Positions 38,010 through 50,200 of a stretch of 64,000 nucleotides of DNA are shown in pieces. The notes below the pieces were generated by a model that searched no databases, had not been told where the DNA came from, and saw only the letters and a list, made by a program, of their open reading frames with translations. Within the stretch, counting starts at the first letter, position 1, and every line of letters begins with the position of its first letter. The position numbers and the translations under genes are program-made. Source of the stretch: Bugula neritina (lineage: Eukaryota; Animalia; Bryozoa); the NCBI GenBank assembly GCA_964035545.1, contig CAXIUT010000289.1, forward strand, positions 62,001-126,000. The letters are read 5' to 3'.

Positions 38010-39811
38010 ACGACCATAGCAAGTGGTAGCTGTCGACCTGGTCTGACCCATGCCCCCAACTCCCAGAGGCAACAGCTGGATCCTGGTATTAACCGACCAC
38101 TTCACGAGGTGGGCTGACGCTCTAGCTATCCCAGACACGTCGGCTCCGACAGTGGCCAGGATGTTGGATCAACATGTATTCTGTTATTTCGGCCTTCGGG
38201 AACAGATACATTCAGACCAAGGCACTTAATTCTAGTCTCAACTGATGAGCAACCTCTGCCGTCTCTCGGGAGTAAATCAGAGCACGACCACCCCCTACCA
38301 TTCACAAGGTAACGGGGTGGTGGAGCGCAACAACCGGATTCTAGGTGATGCGCTCCGGAGTCTGCTCCTAGGGCGTAGTCAGGAGGAATGGATACAGTAC
38401 TGCCGCAGGTCATGCGCGCTTACCGCAGCACACCACGCACCAGCACTGGTGAGACCCCAATCTTTTATTGCTCGGTCGAGAGGCTCGGGTCCCCGAATAC
38501 CTTACCTACCATGTTCCTGAGCAAGACAGCTCGGTCCACGAGTACGCCAGTGAACTGGTAGAGCGGATGAAGGCCACGCACAAAATGCTGCGAGAGAAGA
38601 AGTGACAGGTGCGGCGTGAAGATTCCGATGAGTCACCCTTCTATCAAGCTGGAGACTGGGTGTGGATGGTCAATCACCGTAGGCGTCGCGGACAGGCGGC
38701 TAAGTTAGAGCCTAAGTTCGTGGGGCCGTACGTAGTAGTCGAGGCGATGCCCAACCATACCTACAAGATTGAGCGCTCAGGACAGGTGTCTATCCAAAAT
38801 GAGGCTCGCTTTAAGTCGTATTGGGTTAGCCCCGACGCGGTGGAAAAAGGCCCGCCTCCCTGTTGTTGGAGCCCCAGGGGCAGACAACAACGCGTGGGCG
38901 GCAGCGGCGTGGACCCGAGTATGAGGAGGTCATGCCGCGGGAGGAAGACCTGGCAAAAGACGAGCAACCACTTTTGCCGGGAGAAGTGCGTCCGCTGCCT
39001 CTAGCGCCAGGCCTGGCACCATCACTTCCGGAACCCGAGCCCGGAAGGGCAAACCCCCACGGAGGGAGGGGCTCCATCTGGAGAAATCAGAGAAGAGCCA
39101 GTCACTAACAGGCCGGAAGCCCCGCCAGTGGAGCTTGATAGTCCACCGGTGAGTGCACCATCCTCTCTAGAACAAGGACAGCGTACTAGACAACCCCCAG
39201 CCTACTTAAAAGACTTCATATGTGACTGCATTCAAAGCGGCAAATATGTAAGTGCAGCGGGGTGCCGTACGAACAAACTATCGGTGAAGAGAAGGTTCCG
39301 TGCCCGTCAAGCTAAGCATCGGTCCCAAACACAATAACAATAATCTTTACAGAGGTGAGGAATTATCTATGAGTCATGTCCTTCCTGGAAATTCTCTGTG
39401 GACAACGTTGTGGTCATTTAGATGACGTTGTCCCATCTTCTTATATAAGTTGCTGACGCATCCGATAGTACTTTTCTCTCTACATCTGACCTTGTATTTT
39501 TTTGATTATTTCTTGTTATTGCTGTTCTTATATGGGTAATGTAATATGTGTTTCTTCTTTTTCTATTATATTATTATATGAATGTTATTACCAGAAAATA
39601 GGCTTTCTGCTGGTGGGGGCGGTGTGGTGGCTCACTGAATTACTCTTATAATAGAAAAGGGGAGCGTTGTTATTCCCCTTCTAAGTAGACTGTTAGATCA
39701 TTGCGTACACGAGGAAATGGCCTGATTGTGACGAACCCTCCAATAAAAATACACTTGGACTATATTATCGAGGACAGTGGTTTCCCGCGCAGTTGTTAGT
39801 AGTGTCGAACA
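38010..39811 (+). mobile_element. Decayed 3' part of a Gypsy/Ty3 LTR retrotransposon (integrase, PPT, partial 3' LTR)
   Basis: Frameshifted integrase: VAVDLV..PRGNSWILVLTDHFTRWADALAIPD, QIHSDQG, TTPYHSQGNGVVERNNR, KLEPKFVGPY (GPY/F), RTRQPPAYLKDF. Purine tract gggggcgg then TGTGG at 39623, AATAAA ~39742. Right boundary uncertain. Confidence 0.85.
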
Positions 39812-40434
39812 AAAATTTAAATAAAAATTTATAAAATAAAATAAATTATTGTATATTGTAATTTATTACTGAATTGATTAACTGAATTAAATAACTGAAT
39901 TAATTTGAATCAAATTAATTTGAACTTCTGGTTTAGTCAGATTGGTCAGTTAGAATGAAGCAAAGTTACTTATTGGCTTTTAGTTTCAAAATTTTTTTAT
40001 AATTTGCAATTGATTAATCAAAGCTAAGAGTTATCTTTGCTCGACAAATATTATTGGTTTGGAAATCATGTAGTAATGTATATGCGTGGTTCTAGTGTAT
40101 TGTGTAACGGTTAGCACTCGGGTTAATATTCTGTGAGACAAATTTGGGATTTGCTCCCCCAGAAGAATTGAAATTATAATGTATATATTTTGTATAATAT
40201 GTATATCTATTTGATAATAATATCAAAGCAAGCAAAATTACAATAGCAAAATATTACAAAAATGAACCAAACCAAAACAAAGATTATCCTAGCGATCCTT
40301 TGAAATCTTGCTGTGTTTACATTATACTAGCAAACATAAATTGATAAGTCTGACAATCGAAATAGACAAGTTATTCAAACTAAATACACAAAGGAATTGC
40401 AGTTAGAACATCAATATTAAAATATTTCCTTTAA

Positions 40435-41160
40435 CATAAACTTGTGCAGCCTTAAAATAAATTTTCCAATATAAATTTGTGCAGCCTTGGAATAAATTTT
40501 CTCAATATAAGTTTGTGCAGCCTTGAAATAAATTCTCTCAATTCAAATATTTCTCAAATATAAATTTGTGCAGCCTTAAAATAAATTTTCTCAATATAAA
40601 TTTGTGCAGCCTTGAAATAAATCTCTCAATTCAAATATTTCTCAAATATAAATTTGTGCAGCTTTACAATCCAAATATTTCTTCAATATAAATTTGTATA
40701 GCTTTGAAATGAATTTTCTCAATTCAAATATTTCTCAAATATAAATTTGTGCAGCTTTTAAAATTCAAATATTTCTTCAATATAAATTTGTGCAGCTTTA
40801 AAATTCAAATATTTCTTCAATATAAATTTGTGCAGTTTTGAAATAAATTTTCTCAATTCAAATATTTCTCAAATATAAATTTGTGCAGCTTTGAAATAAA
40901 TTTTCTCAATTCAAATATTTAATCTCAATATAAATTCGTGCAACTGTAAAATTCAAGTATTTTTCTCAATATAAATTTGTATAGCTTTGAAATAAATTTT
41001 CCAATAACTCAACAATTTTCCTCAAATAAATTTGTGCTGCTTCAAAATCAATAAATCAATTCAAACAATTTTCTTCAAAATAAATTTGTGCTGCTTTTAA
41101 AAATCAATAAATCAATTCAAACAATTTTCTTTAAATAAATTTGTGCTGCTTTTAAAATAA
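40435..41160. repeat. AT-rich complex satellite built on aatataaatttgtgcagc(c/t)ttgaaataaattttctc (~33-52-nt units)
   Basis: Roughly 18 copies of the aaatttgtgc(a/t)gc core. Confidence 0.9.
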
Positions 41161-42274
41161 CATCAATAAATTCGTTAGTTCAAATAGGACAAAAGGAGAT
41201 TAACACACACATATATATATATATGTATCCTTAACATAAAATTGTAAAATTACTTACTGCAATCAGTCTATGTCACTGATACGTAAATCAACTAGTCAAG
41301 TTTCTTGATATTTCTTCTAATACTAATATTATTGTTACTGCTGCTATTGCTGCTATATCTTCTATGCTCCAATTGTCTTCAGTTGCCTTTGTCTTCTTTA
41401 TATCTTCATTTTCTCGTCGTCGTTATTTTCTAGAGACTCGGCGTCTCCTTTTATACTGGATTCTCTTGGCAATGGTTCAGAATTTAAAGATGCTGGCAGT
41501 AACTGACCAATGAAAACTGGCGACAGACTGACGTAGAATTTGGTTAAGTATGTTGTCAGCTTTACAGCCAAGATGGAGATTAACGTAAGAAGGATCTGTT
41601 GTTGTTGTTGGCTCATCTTTGTATATTGTGGGCTATATCATCATTAATTGTACAGCAACCCTTAATCTAAAGAATAAATCTTTTTAGACTATGATATGAT
41701 AACATGTATCAGCCGATGCTCACGTGTTGATTTTTGCAATGGGCTATATTAATGTTAAATAATTTATTAAGCATTTAAATTATTTTATATCATCCATATG
41801 TTGGTGTAAATAAATATTCACACATATACGTATGTATATCTCTATCTCTGAACAGCATCTGTTATATATTCCAGGTTTTTATTCATTTCCATTTGTTCAT
41901 CAATTAGTGTTTTATTTCAAAAGTCAATAATTACAAATTTCAACACGTGATCATGGCATGTAGTAATGTCTCAACATCGCAATTACTTATTTAAAAGCCA
42001 CACTACTAAATAGTATTATTTGCATTGCCAAAAAGCTATAAATTTATGTGTCATATATATATGTATAATATATTAATGCATTCTTTGTTTAGAGCAACTT
42101 CTGTGTAAGACCAAAATATCTAACTCACTCAAAACTTGCACATTTAAACTTTAACTTCACTCATTGGGCCTATTACTTTTTGAAATGTACTTTATATTCT
42201 TCCTTGAATGTTGTAGATAAACTGTAGTCTACATACCGTGGTGGAACAGACATAATAATTTGCAATTGCATCAG

Positions 42275-42470
42275 CCTACTGCAGCGGCCACCTTACTAGG
42301 AGTCTTAAGCAAACCTCAGCATCGCCAAAGTCATATTTTAGTGAGCTGACAGAACATCTCAGAGACATAGCTTGTGAAGTACAGGAGTAAGAATTAAACA
42401 TAAAAGAACAGTCAGTATATGTACAATCATGCCTCCTATCAAGAATATAGCTTTTAAGAATTTTTCTAAG

Positions 42471-42544
<74 letters not shown>

Positions 42545-42722
42545 CTTTAGCTTTATCACTTATGACATAATTATTAGACATTCTACTTCTAACCTCAATG
42601 CAAAATATTCCCACGGTCCTTGCAGGTTTCATGGTAATGAGGCTATTAGACATTTTCTGCTGTTTACATTAGCAAATAATTTCAGTCTTGATGCTGGTCA
42701 CCATGAGGACGCAACTGTTTTG
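42275..42722 (+). other. Two exon-like segments of an unidentified gene or pseudogene
   Basis: 42275-42386 (YCSGHLTRSLKQTSASPKSYFSELTEHLRDIACEVQ, donor gtaag) splices in phase to ~42627-42722 (EFHGNEAIRHFLLFTLANNFSLDAGHHEDATVL); no start, end or family recognised. Confidence 0.3.
42479..42541. repeat. (TA)n microsatellite
   Basis: Direct reading. Confidence 0.95.
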
Positions 42723-42766
42723 GTACTTCTATTCTCATCAATAAAATAAGCATAAAACTAGTTTTA

Positions 42767-42868
42767 TTTATCTTGGTAAAGCCATTATTTATCTTGGTAA
42801 AGCCATTATTTATCTTGGTAAAGCCATTATTTATCTTGGTAAAGCCATATTTATCTTGGTAAAGCCAT
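42767..42868. repeat. 21-nt tandem repeat (tttatcttggtaaagccatta) x5
   Basis: Direct reading. Confidence 0.92.
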
Positions 42869-45481
42869 TTTGCAAGGTCATAATAAAGCTTGACACAGGA
42901 AACTATTTTGCAATATCACGTTGAAGTCTGAATTTCTTCTTCATCACTTTACCGCAAGCTTTTAAGCTATACAATATACATATGTATATATTCAAATCAT
43001 CCGCTCCAATCACAGTCACTATTAGCATATCATTTTGTAAATACATCAAGTTGCTGTGCAGTATCTACTCTGCAAAAATGTATAGTATATTCCTGATCTG
43101 ACAGTAGGCAGGAGAAATGTAAACACTTGACTAGGTTGTTGTGAAATTGTCAGAGTAAATGTAAAGTTTTATTGTTATATCTTTTCTATAAATATAATTA
43201 TCCATTGTCACGTAACTACATTGTGGAGTTGATTTGGATTACCAACAATGTGCTAAATTGAATATACACTGATAACCCCTACAAGAGCAAATTATAACAA
43301 TACACAACAATAGTTGCTTAACTTTTTTCAATGCTTTACAATGGTTATTAATTTACTTATTCCGCCTGTACGAGTAGCTATATGTATATATAGCAAATAA
43401 TATTGACTATTACGTCTTTATTCTGTCTTAATTATTTAGTGAGCGGTTCATTGATGAGATCCAGTAGCCGTAGGTTAGAGAGTAGAGTGGGACCGTTTGG
43501 GGAATCCCCACTCTAGTAGTTCCCTACGTCGTATTATTACGTTCGCAATAATAATATCAATATTATGCGATTGGGTTAAAAAAATAGTTAGAGAGCGATC
43601 CCAGTAAATATTCTTGTTAAATAAAATTCCTCCTCCTCGTGCATTTGTTTTTAATTTTAATGTTGACCCCACAGACGTTTGCATATGTAGCGCAACGACT
43701 AGTGATTAGATGATAAATTTATTTGTTCAATTCAAAACATAATCATAATGATCATAATAATAATAATAATAATACTAATAGTAATAGTAAATGTAATAGA
43801 TTGTGCGGTCATGGTGATACTCAGTATCATACTCATACTGATGGTGCTGTAGCCTCAGCCTGTAGCGTAGGCGTAGCCGTAGGTCAACATGAACATGTGA
43901 CTTGAAGTTAGAGTTAGTTAGTGTTACTAACTACAACTCAATAAGTTAAGTCACAACTTATAAGTTATCACCATGACTAACGGTCTCAATTTTAGGGTGT
44001 GAGATTGTATACTGATACTCATTTATATGAGTTATAAGTTATACTTATAGTTATAGTAAATTACTATTTCTATTTGTAATAATAATAGATCATTACATTA
44101 GTGATTAGATGTTGATGTTAAAGCTAAACGTTGCAGATAGAGCTACTACTAGTACTAGTACTACTGTATTACCAGAAGTAGATATTCGCAGTCATCAATT
44201 ATTTTAATCAGTAAATGTAATGTAGGTTATTTAACTTTTAAGTTTTAAGCATTGGCTGAACATAAATGTTACGTTCAATTTGACATTAGACGTTAGTCAT
44301 ACTCATTCAGACATTCACATTGTCAATAAATAATAGTGTGTGTTAAATCAAACCAAGTTAATTAGTTATCTGCATCAGTGCTTGGTATTCGGTTTTACCA
44401 TTAAATTTAAAGATTGTGTTTGATTTTTAACTTTAAGTAATTAATTTAATATTTTAATAACTTTAAGGAATGCGTCTGCTGTTGGACTTAGTACTATGTC
44501 GACTAGTGACAATGCCAAGCCTAATAGTAGTATAAGTACTAGCAGTATCTACTGCTAATAGAATAATACTTGTACTAGTATAACGCGCTAACTGTAATGA
44601 GCAATGCAAGGGTCATGTAGGGTTATTCATTGTTAATGTAACTTGTGATATAAAATCTTCAAATACTGTTAGTGTTAGTGCTTCTAGTTCTAGAAAACTT
44701 GTAGTAGTTGTCAGTGAAGATAAAGTTGAGCTTAGTTACTCTTTGATTGTGATATTGATTATGATAATAATATAGATGCTAATGGTTGTAGTAAAATTAA
44801 GTTTAATAGCAAAACTAACGACCCAGTCATTGTATATAGTAGTAAGTTAGAGTTAAGCTTAGCCATTACTTCTACCCTTATAATTTAAATCAATGACCAC
44901 TAATCAATATTTAACTGTTTTTTAAATCAAGAGTAACTGCCTATCTTTAATGCTGTTGTAATATTTACACAGTTTATGTAAATTTGGAGTTACCTTTTCT
45001 TGATGTTATGGCTGATCAATTGATATTCTGTTTTTGAAAAATATAGTCACTTCCTGTTTGACAAACTGTAGTGCTTGATTAAAACAATTTGAAGATGAAA
45101 ACTAATCCACTAATAATTGCTAGATAAATAGACATCTAAAGAATAAAACACTTCTAGTTAGTTTTGCAACAGCATATTGGAATAAATTGTGGGTTCTGTA
45201 AGAATTTTGACGAGAAAACACAACTCTCTGTATAGCAAAAAAGAGAAGGCAATTCAATGTGTAAAATGTCTTTATTGGTATGCTTCCAACGAAAAAGTAT
45301 AAAAATCTGTATGAAGATAGTGTTCCCTCCGAGCTCCAGCAGTAGACTGAATCTATGCTGGCAAACTCTTCCTTTTATATTATAGAATTCGGACACTTCA
45401 AATTCACTTCAGCACTGCTTTGTATTGTCCTCACTCTAGTATGTCATCATATTTTTATTTATCTGGTTTCTAGAGTTTGAA

Positions 45482-48400
45482 ATGACCAATACTGCTGCTT
45501 CAGCTAGCAAAGTTGCTTGCTGCACTCTTTGTAAGGAGATTTTTACGCAGCGGCAAACTGTCCGGCCTTCTAAAAAATGTAGCAACTGTGGTAAGTGCCC
45601 AGGCAGTTTAGAATGTATCACAATATTTGTCAACTCACAACTCTTACTATATTTTTACCATAGCTTCTGTAAAATCTTAACTAAAGTAACAGATAACTCT
45701 ATAAAATACAGAAAACTAAAGCAGTTTATAGTTGTATAATAATTATTTGAAGTTATTTTCTAATACCCTCACAATTGTTAGCAGTACTGAAGTAGTACCT
45801 AAAACTGAATGCAGGATGTTACAATAACTAAATAGGAAATGGTTGCAGAGCTGTAGTTACTTCCTGTAGGCTATGCTGTTTACTACTGCATTGTTGTTGA
45901 TGTTTTAGTGATGAAAAGAAGATGTCCACACTGTCAGCATGTTATGGCGATAAATGCTGCCAATTGTCCTGGCTGTGGTGAGTCAGTAGGACTAACATTT
46001 ATATTGCTGATTCCAAGTCTCTTGGGGTATAACTGTTCCTGTGAATATGGCTGTTTGTGTTTGCTGGTGCTATTCTAGTGTTTGGTTTGATGTTGTTTTT
46101 TGAAGTATCTGTAATATTCCATTATATTTGATGAAATGATATTTTTTACTATAAAAAGTCTATGCAGTTAGATTTTTCAACTCCTAAGCAACATTTACGT
46201 GTGCACAGGTCAGTCTATGAAGTCATTGACAATAAACAGCAAACTGAAAACATTAAAGAGACAGTTTGAATGTGGAGAGCAACATAAGAGAGGTAATGGC
46301 TACACGAAACAGAGGATGTGTAACATGGTAAGCTCGTTCAGATCATAAGTTTGTTGGCAAGTGAGGTATTTAAATCTTATCCTCACTTATTCTCATCTCT
46401 TTCTGCTTTTATTTTTCGGTATTCTTTAGTCTTTTAAAATATTCCTTCCATCTGTCTTTGATGCCCTTATGTTCACTTATGATCTTGTCTTAATTGCTCA
46501 TATTTGTTGAACACTATCCTGTCTGTCCTGTAATCTCCTCTGCCTTGCCCTTGCTAACCTGTATCTTTCCATCTGGACATTTTCTTCTAAATCTTTATAC
46601 AAGTCTTCATAACCTGTCTCCTTTGCTATTGTACACTTCTCTTTGCTCACTTTATTCAGTCTTTTCAATGCCAACTGATCTTCTCCCATCTTAGACTTCC
46701 TCGTTCCACCACCAGAATTTTTTCTCTTTGTACTTTTCTCTCTCTACTGACCCCAAGTGACTCCTTCGCTGCTTCAATTATTCTCAGGTATGCTCCATTC
46801 TATACGTCAAATTTCTCACTTCACTTCTCTGTAACTTTGTAAGCCAGCCCATCTCCCTCCTTCCCTTTGATTTTTTACCAGTTGATTTTCATTAGTCTTG
46901 CTCACTATCTTTCCTTTCTGTGATCTTGCAATCCGTTATCAAAAGCTTGTGTTGTAGTGTCATAGGCTCATCTGAGATAACTTTACAATCTCTCACTTTA
47001 CCAACATGTAATCAATCACTCTCTGGTTTAAGCCGCTCTTGTATGTATAGATCTTCTCTTCACCTTGGCAAAGAAAGTATTAGCAAGCGCCAAATCTCTA
47101 CTTCTTACATAATTTAGTATCTTCTCTCTATCGTCATTCCTCCTGCCCGCTAACTTTTTTCCATGCCATCTCTCAAAGCCCTCCAGTCTATCTGTTCCGG
47201 CATGTTCATTCAAATCACCTGCTAATATCAGCTGTTCTGAGGCCGGGATGCGTGTAGTGATTCCTTATAGTTGGTTTTCTTTCTCTTCATATCCTTATCA
47301 AGGCGCTTATACCGTCACTATGTTGTATGTCTCTTTAGGTGTTACTTATTTCATTTTAATGACTTCTCAGATGCTCTCTCGGCCGCTATTACTCTACCTC
47401 GCTACTCCCAACTAAGGCATATCGCAACTCTATGTCTTGGTCTTCTACCTCCAATACAGTATAGTGTATAACCACCTCTGATATTCAAATCCTATACAGC
47501 CAAGCAAATAATAGTTCTGCCATCTTAATAACTAGATTTTGAACTTGGTCAAACTTTTCAGTTCATGATGGCTAATAATTGTTTTGCCAATCAGCAAATG
47601 AAAAAACTGTAGTTATTTTGCAATTTCATTAATACAATCTAATTGTACTAGACAACAATTGGTTTAATAACTTGTTAATTTCTCTTTCTCTCGCCAATTT
47701 ATTGCTGCCAGAGCTATTCTAACACTATAAACTGATAATTTATAAAATTAGAGTATCATTGCAATAGATATATTCAGGGATGTCATTATATTTCAGTCAG
47801 CATTTGCTCATGGAGCTGGTTTTGGAGTGATAACTTTTATGCTGAAGCCGAATTCACAAGATCAACTGACAGTAATCAGCAGTGGAGTGTCCAGTGAACA
47901 TACAAAGGAGTCTGTTGAAGCAATGAAAGACCTGCTATTAGGTTCAAGTAAGATTCTACATCAACACACAATATCATCAACATCAGTCCATAACCACAGC
48001 TTCGTGATTGTTGAATAAAAGTAGTAAACAGGTTTCTGTAATATCAGAGTTATGTCCTCTTTACTGCCACAGATTATAGTTTAGACAATTCCTAAGACAT
48101 TTATTTTCAGCAGCAAAGCAAACTGTGATGTTATTAGTGTATTCAATCTCTGAGAAAAGTTTAAATCATTCTGATTTCTGTAAAAGTAATATTTGGAGCA
48201 CCTGTTAGTATATTTAAGTGCTATAAGCTGCTTTTCACTAGTTTGTTACTTGGTAATACTAAATCTAGTACCAATCTTCCACCACAAAGTCTACTTTCAC
48301 TGAAGACATACTGGGCTGTAGGGCAGGTCACTCATACATGAACAGATGCTCTACCAAAGAGCATGCAGCTAACATATGATAGCTTTCTAATGGTTTTGTA

Positions 48401-49910
48401 TTGATGTTAATTGGCTGCCTTTTTTTATTTATTTTAGTGAATCAAATTTACAATTTGAATGAAAAGACTTCTATGAAAAATTATAAGAAAAAAAGTGCCG
48501 TAACTCGAACTGCAGCGGCTACTAATACTGAGACATCTACTAAGAGTACTGCTACTCCTACTATCACTCCTACTTCTACTTCTACTCCTACTGTCACCAC
48601 TACTCCTACTATTACTGCTACTCTTACTATTACTACTACTCCTACTGTCACTACTATGACAGCTACTACTACTCCTTCTATAGAAAGGACAACTTTTATA
48701 AATACATGTTCAGCTCCTTTGATTAGACCACCCACAGAGAAGTGTTCAGTTACACCGAGACCTTCTACAGCCTCAACCACAACTTCAACTAACAGACATG
48801 TTGTTCACGCTACACGCTCCACTCACATCTACGCTGCTATTACCACAACACTGACTAACACTTCAACCACTGCTTCTTATACTTCAGCCACATCACAGCT
48901 CCCAGTTTCAAGAAATAATCTATTAGCAACAAAAGGTAAGATTTAAATAAATAGAATTCTTGGGAAAGAGTTTTCTTTGATATTTTCTGGTAATTTTAGA
49001 AAAGTTGAGAATAATAACTGAAACAGTTCAACAGTGTTGTGAGTGGCAGCTAAGCATTGTACTACTGTTTGATTGTAAAAACAAGTCAGGATATTTCTAC
49101 AACTTTTACGGATATGATTAAGCCATTGTCATAGTTGCCACCTTATATTATGTTGCTTTGACTTCAGGTAACAAAAGAAAGCTGTGGGCTATAGAAAAGA
49201 TTAATAGAGTCAGAGGAGCTATGGCACTTGTGAAATGGAAAGGTTACAAGTAAGTTGTGTAGACAACTCTACAGTTATTTTCTGTCCACTGTGTGTGCTG
49301 CAGGTGCTTCGGTTGTAAGGATATGGTTGTGTTTTCAGAATTCCAACGTGGGAACCAGTGAGAAATGTGAAGCACACAGTTTTCTACCAGCAGCTGATGG
49401 TAAGAGCACAGCACAGCTGTTGATGTTATTCATTGTTATTTAGTAAATGCTATGAAATGGAGTTGAGTTGAACCCGAATTTAGTTTTATAACTGCATAAG
49501 ATATATTCAATGAGGGAGCTGTCTAGGGGGTAGAGCGTTTGCCTAGTAAACACGAGGTCATGGGTTCGAACCCTGACAAAGGCCATTGGTAATGTTAAGA
49601 AGAGCATCCAGTCATAATTGCTCCTGTATCTCATTTAAATAAGTCCTTAGCCCTCTTTAATAAAAACTATTTCCATCGGGGGTTTCTCACAGGGATAGTG
49701 ACTATAAACTTGCATAAGTTGTATAAGATATATTCAATATAGATAAATAGATATATTTTCTATTTATGTTATTTGTTCATCTTTTATAAATTATAATAAA
49801 GCAAAAGGTAAAGTCTACTTTTTATGTGGTAAAAGTAAACCAATCAAATGTCATATTTTATTGTGTTTTAGAAAGAAGATAGAAGTTTTGAACAGCCATC
49901 AACAACTTAG
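45482..49910 (+). CDS. Uncharacterised protein: N-terminal CxxC zinc ribbons, Thr/Pro-rich linker, C-terminal chromodomain (~375-388 aa, 8 exons)
   Basis: Exons 45482-45590, 45870 (or 45909)-45977, 46209-46327, 47797-47947, 48438-48935, 49168-49249, 49339-49399, 49872-49910; all seven junctions are GT-AG and in phase. CTLC..CSNC, CPHC..CPGC; LWAIEKINRVRGAMALVKWKGYKIPTWEPVRNV. Confidence 0.8.
46385..47460 (-). mobile_element. Decayed RTE-clade non-LTR retrotransposon fragment (APE endonuclease and linker)
   Basis: Broken frames read AGDLNEHAG...GRRNDDREKIL...DLALANTFFAK, CKVISDEPMTLQHKLL, WWWNEEV, YEDLYKDL...YRLARARQR. Lies in intron 3 of the chromodomain gene. Confidence 0.8.
49513..49712 (+). 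mobile_element. tRNA-derived SINE (tRNA-Thr(AGT)-like head)
   Basis: A-box-like tagggggtagagcg, anticodon arm ttgcct-AGT-aaacac, B-box ggttcgaaccc, then a core and tail repeated at 19438 and 27920. No proper acceptor stem, so not a functional tRNA. Confidence 0.75.
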
Positions 49911-49925
49911 CAAGCTTTAATTATG

Positions 49926-50200
49926 TATTAGATATTGTATATATACTATATTGTATATAGTATATATACTATATTAGATATTGTATATGTACTATATTGG
50001 ATATTGTATATATACTATATTGGATAGTGTATATATACTATATTGGATAGTGTATATACTATATTAGATATTGCATATGTACTATATTGGATATTGTATA
50101 TATACTATATTAGATATTGTATATATACTATATTGGATATTGTATATACTATATTGAATATTGTATATATACTATATTAGATATTGTGTATATTATATTG
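49926..50200. repeat. ~20-22-nt tandem repeat (tatatactatattagatattg), ~12 copies
   Basis: Immediately after the chromodomain-gene stop and before AATAAA at ~50219. Confidence 0.92.

Noticed and set aside
48401-48946. Secreted mucin-like protein
   Set aside because: The apparent signal peptide is the intron's T-rich tract; the Thr-rich part is an internal exon of the chromodomain gene.
49513-49590. Functional tRNA-Thr gene
   Set aside because: Stems are broken and the sequence continues into a SINE core found elsewhere in the window.
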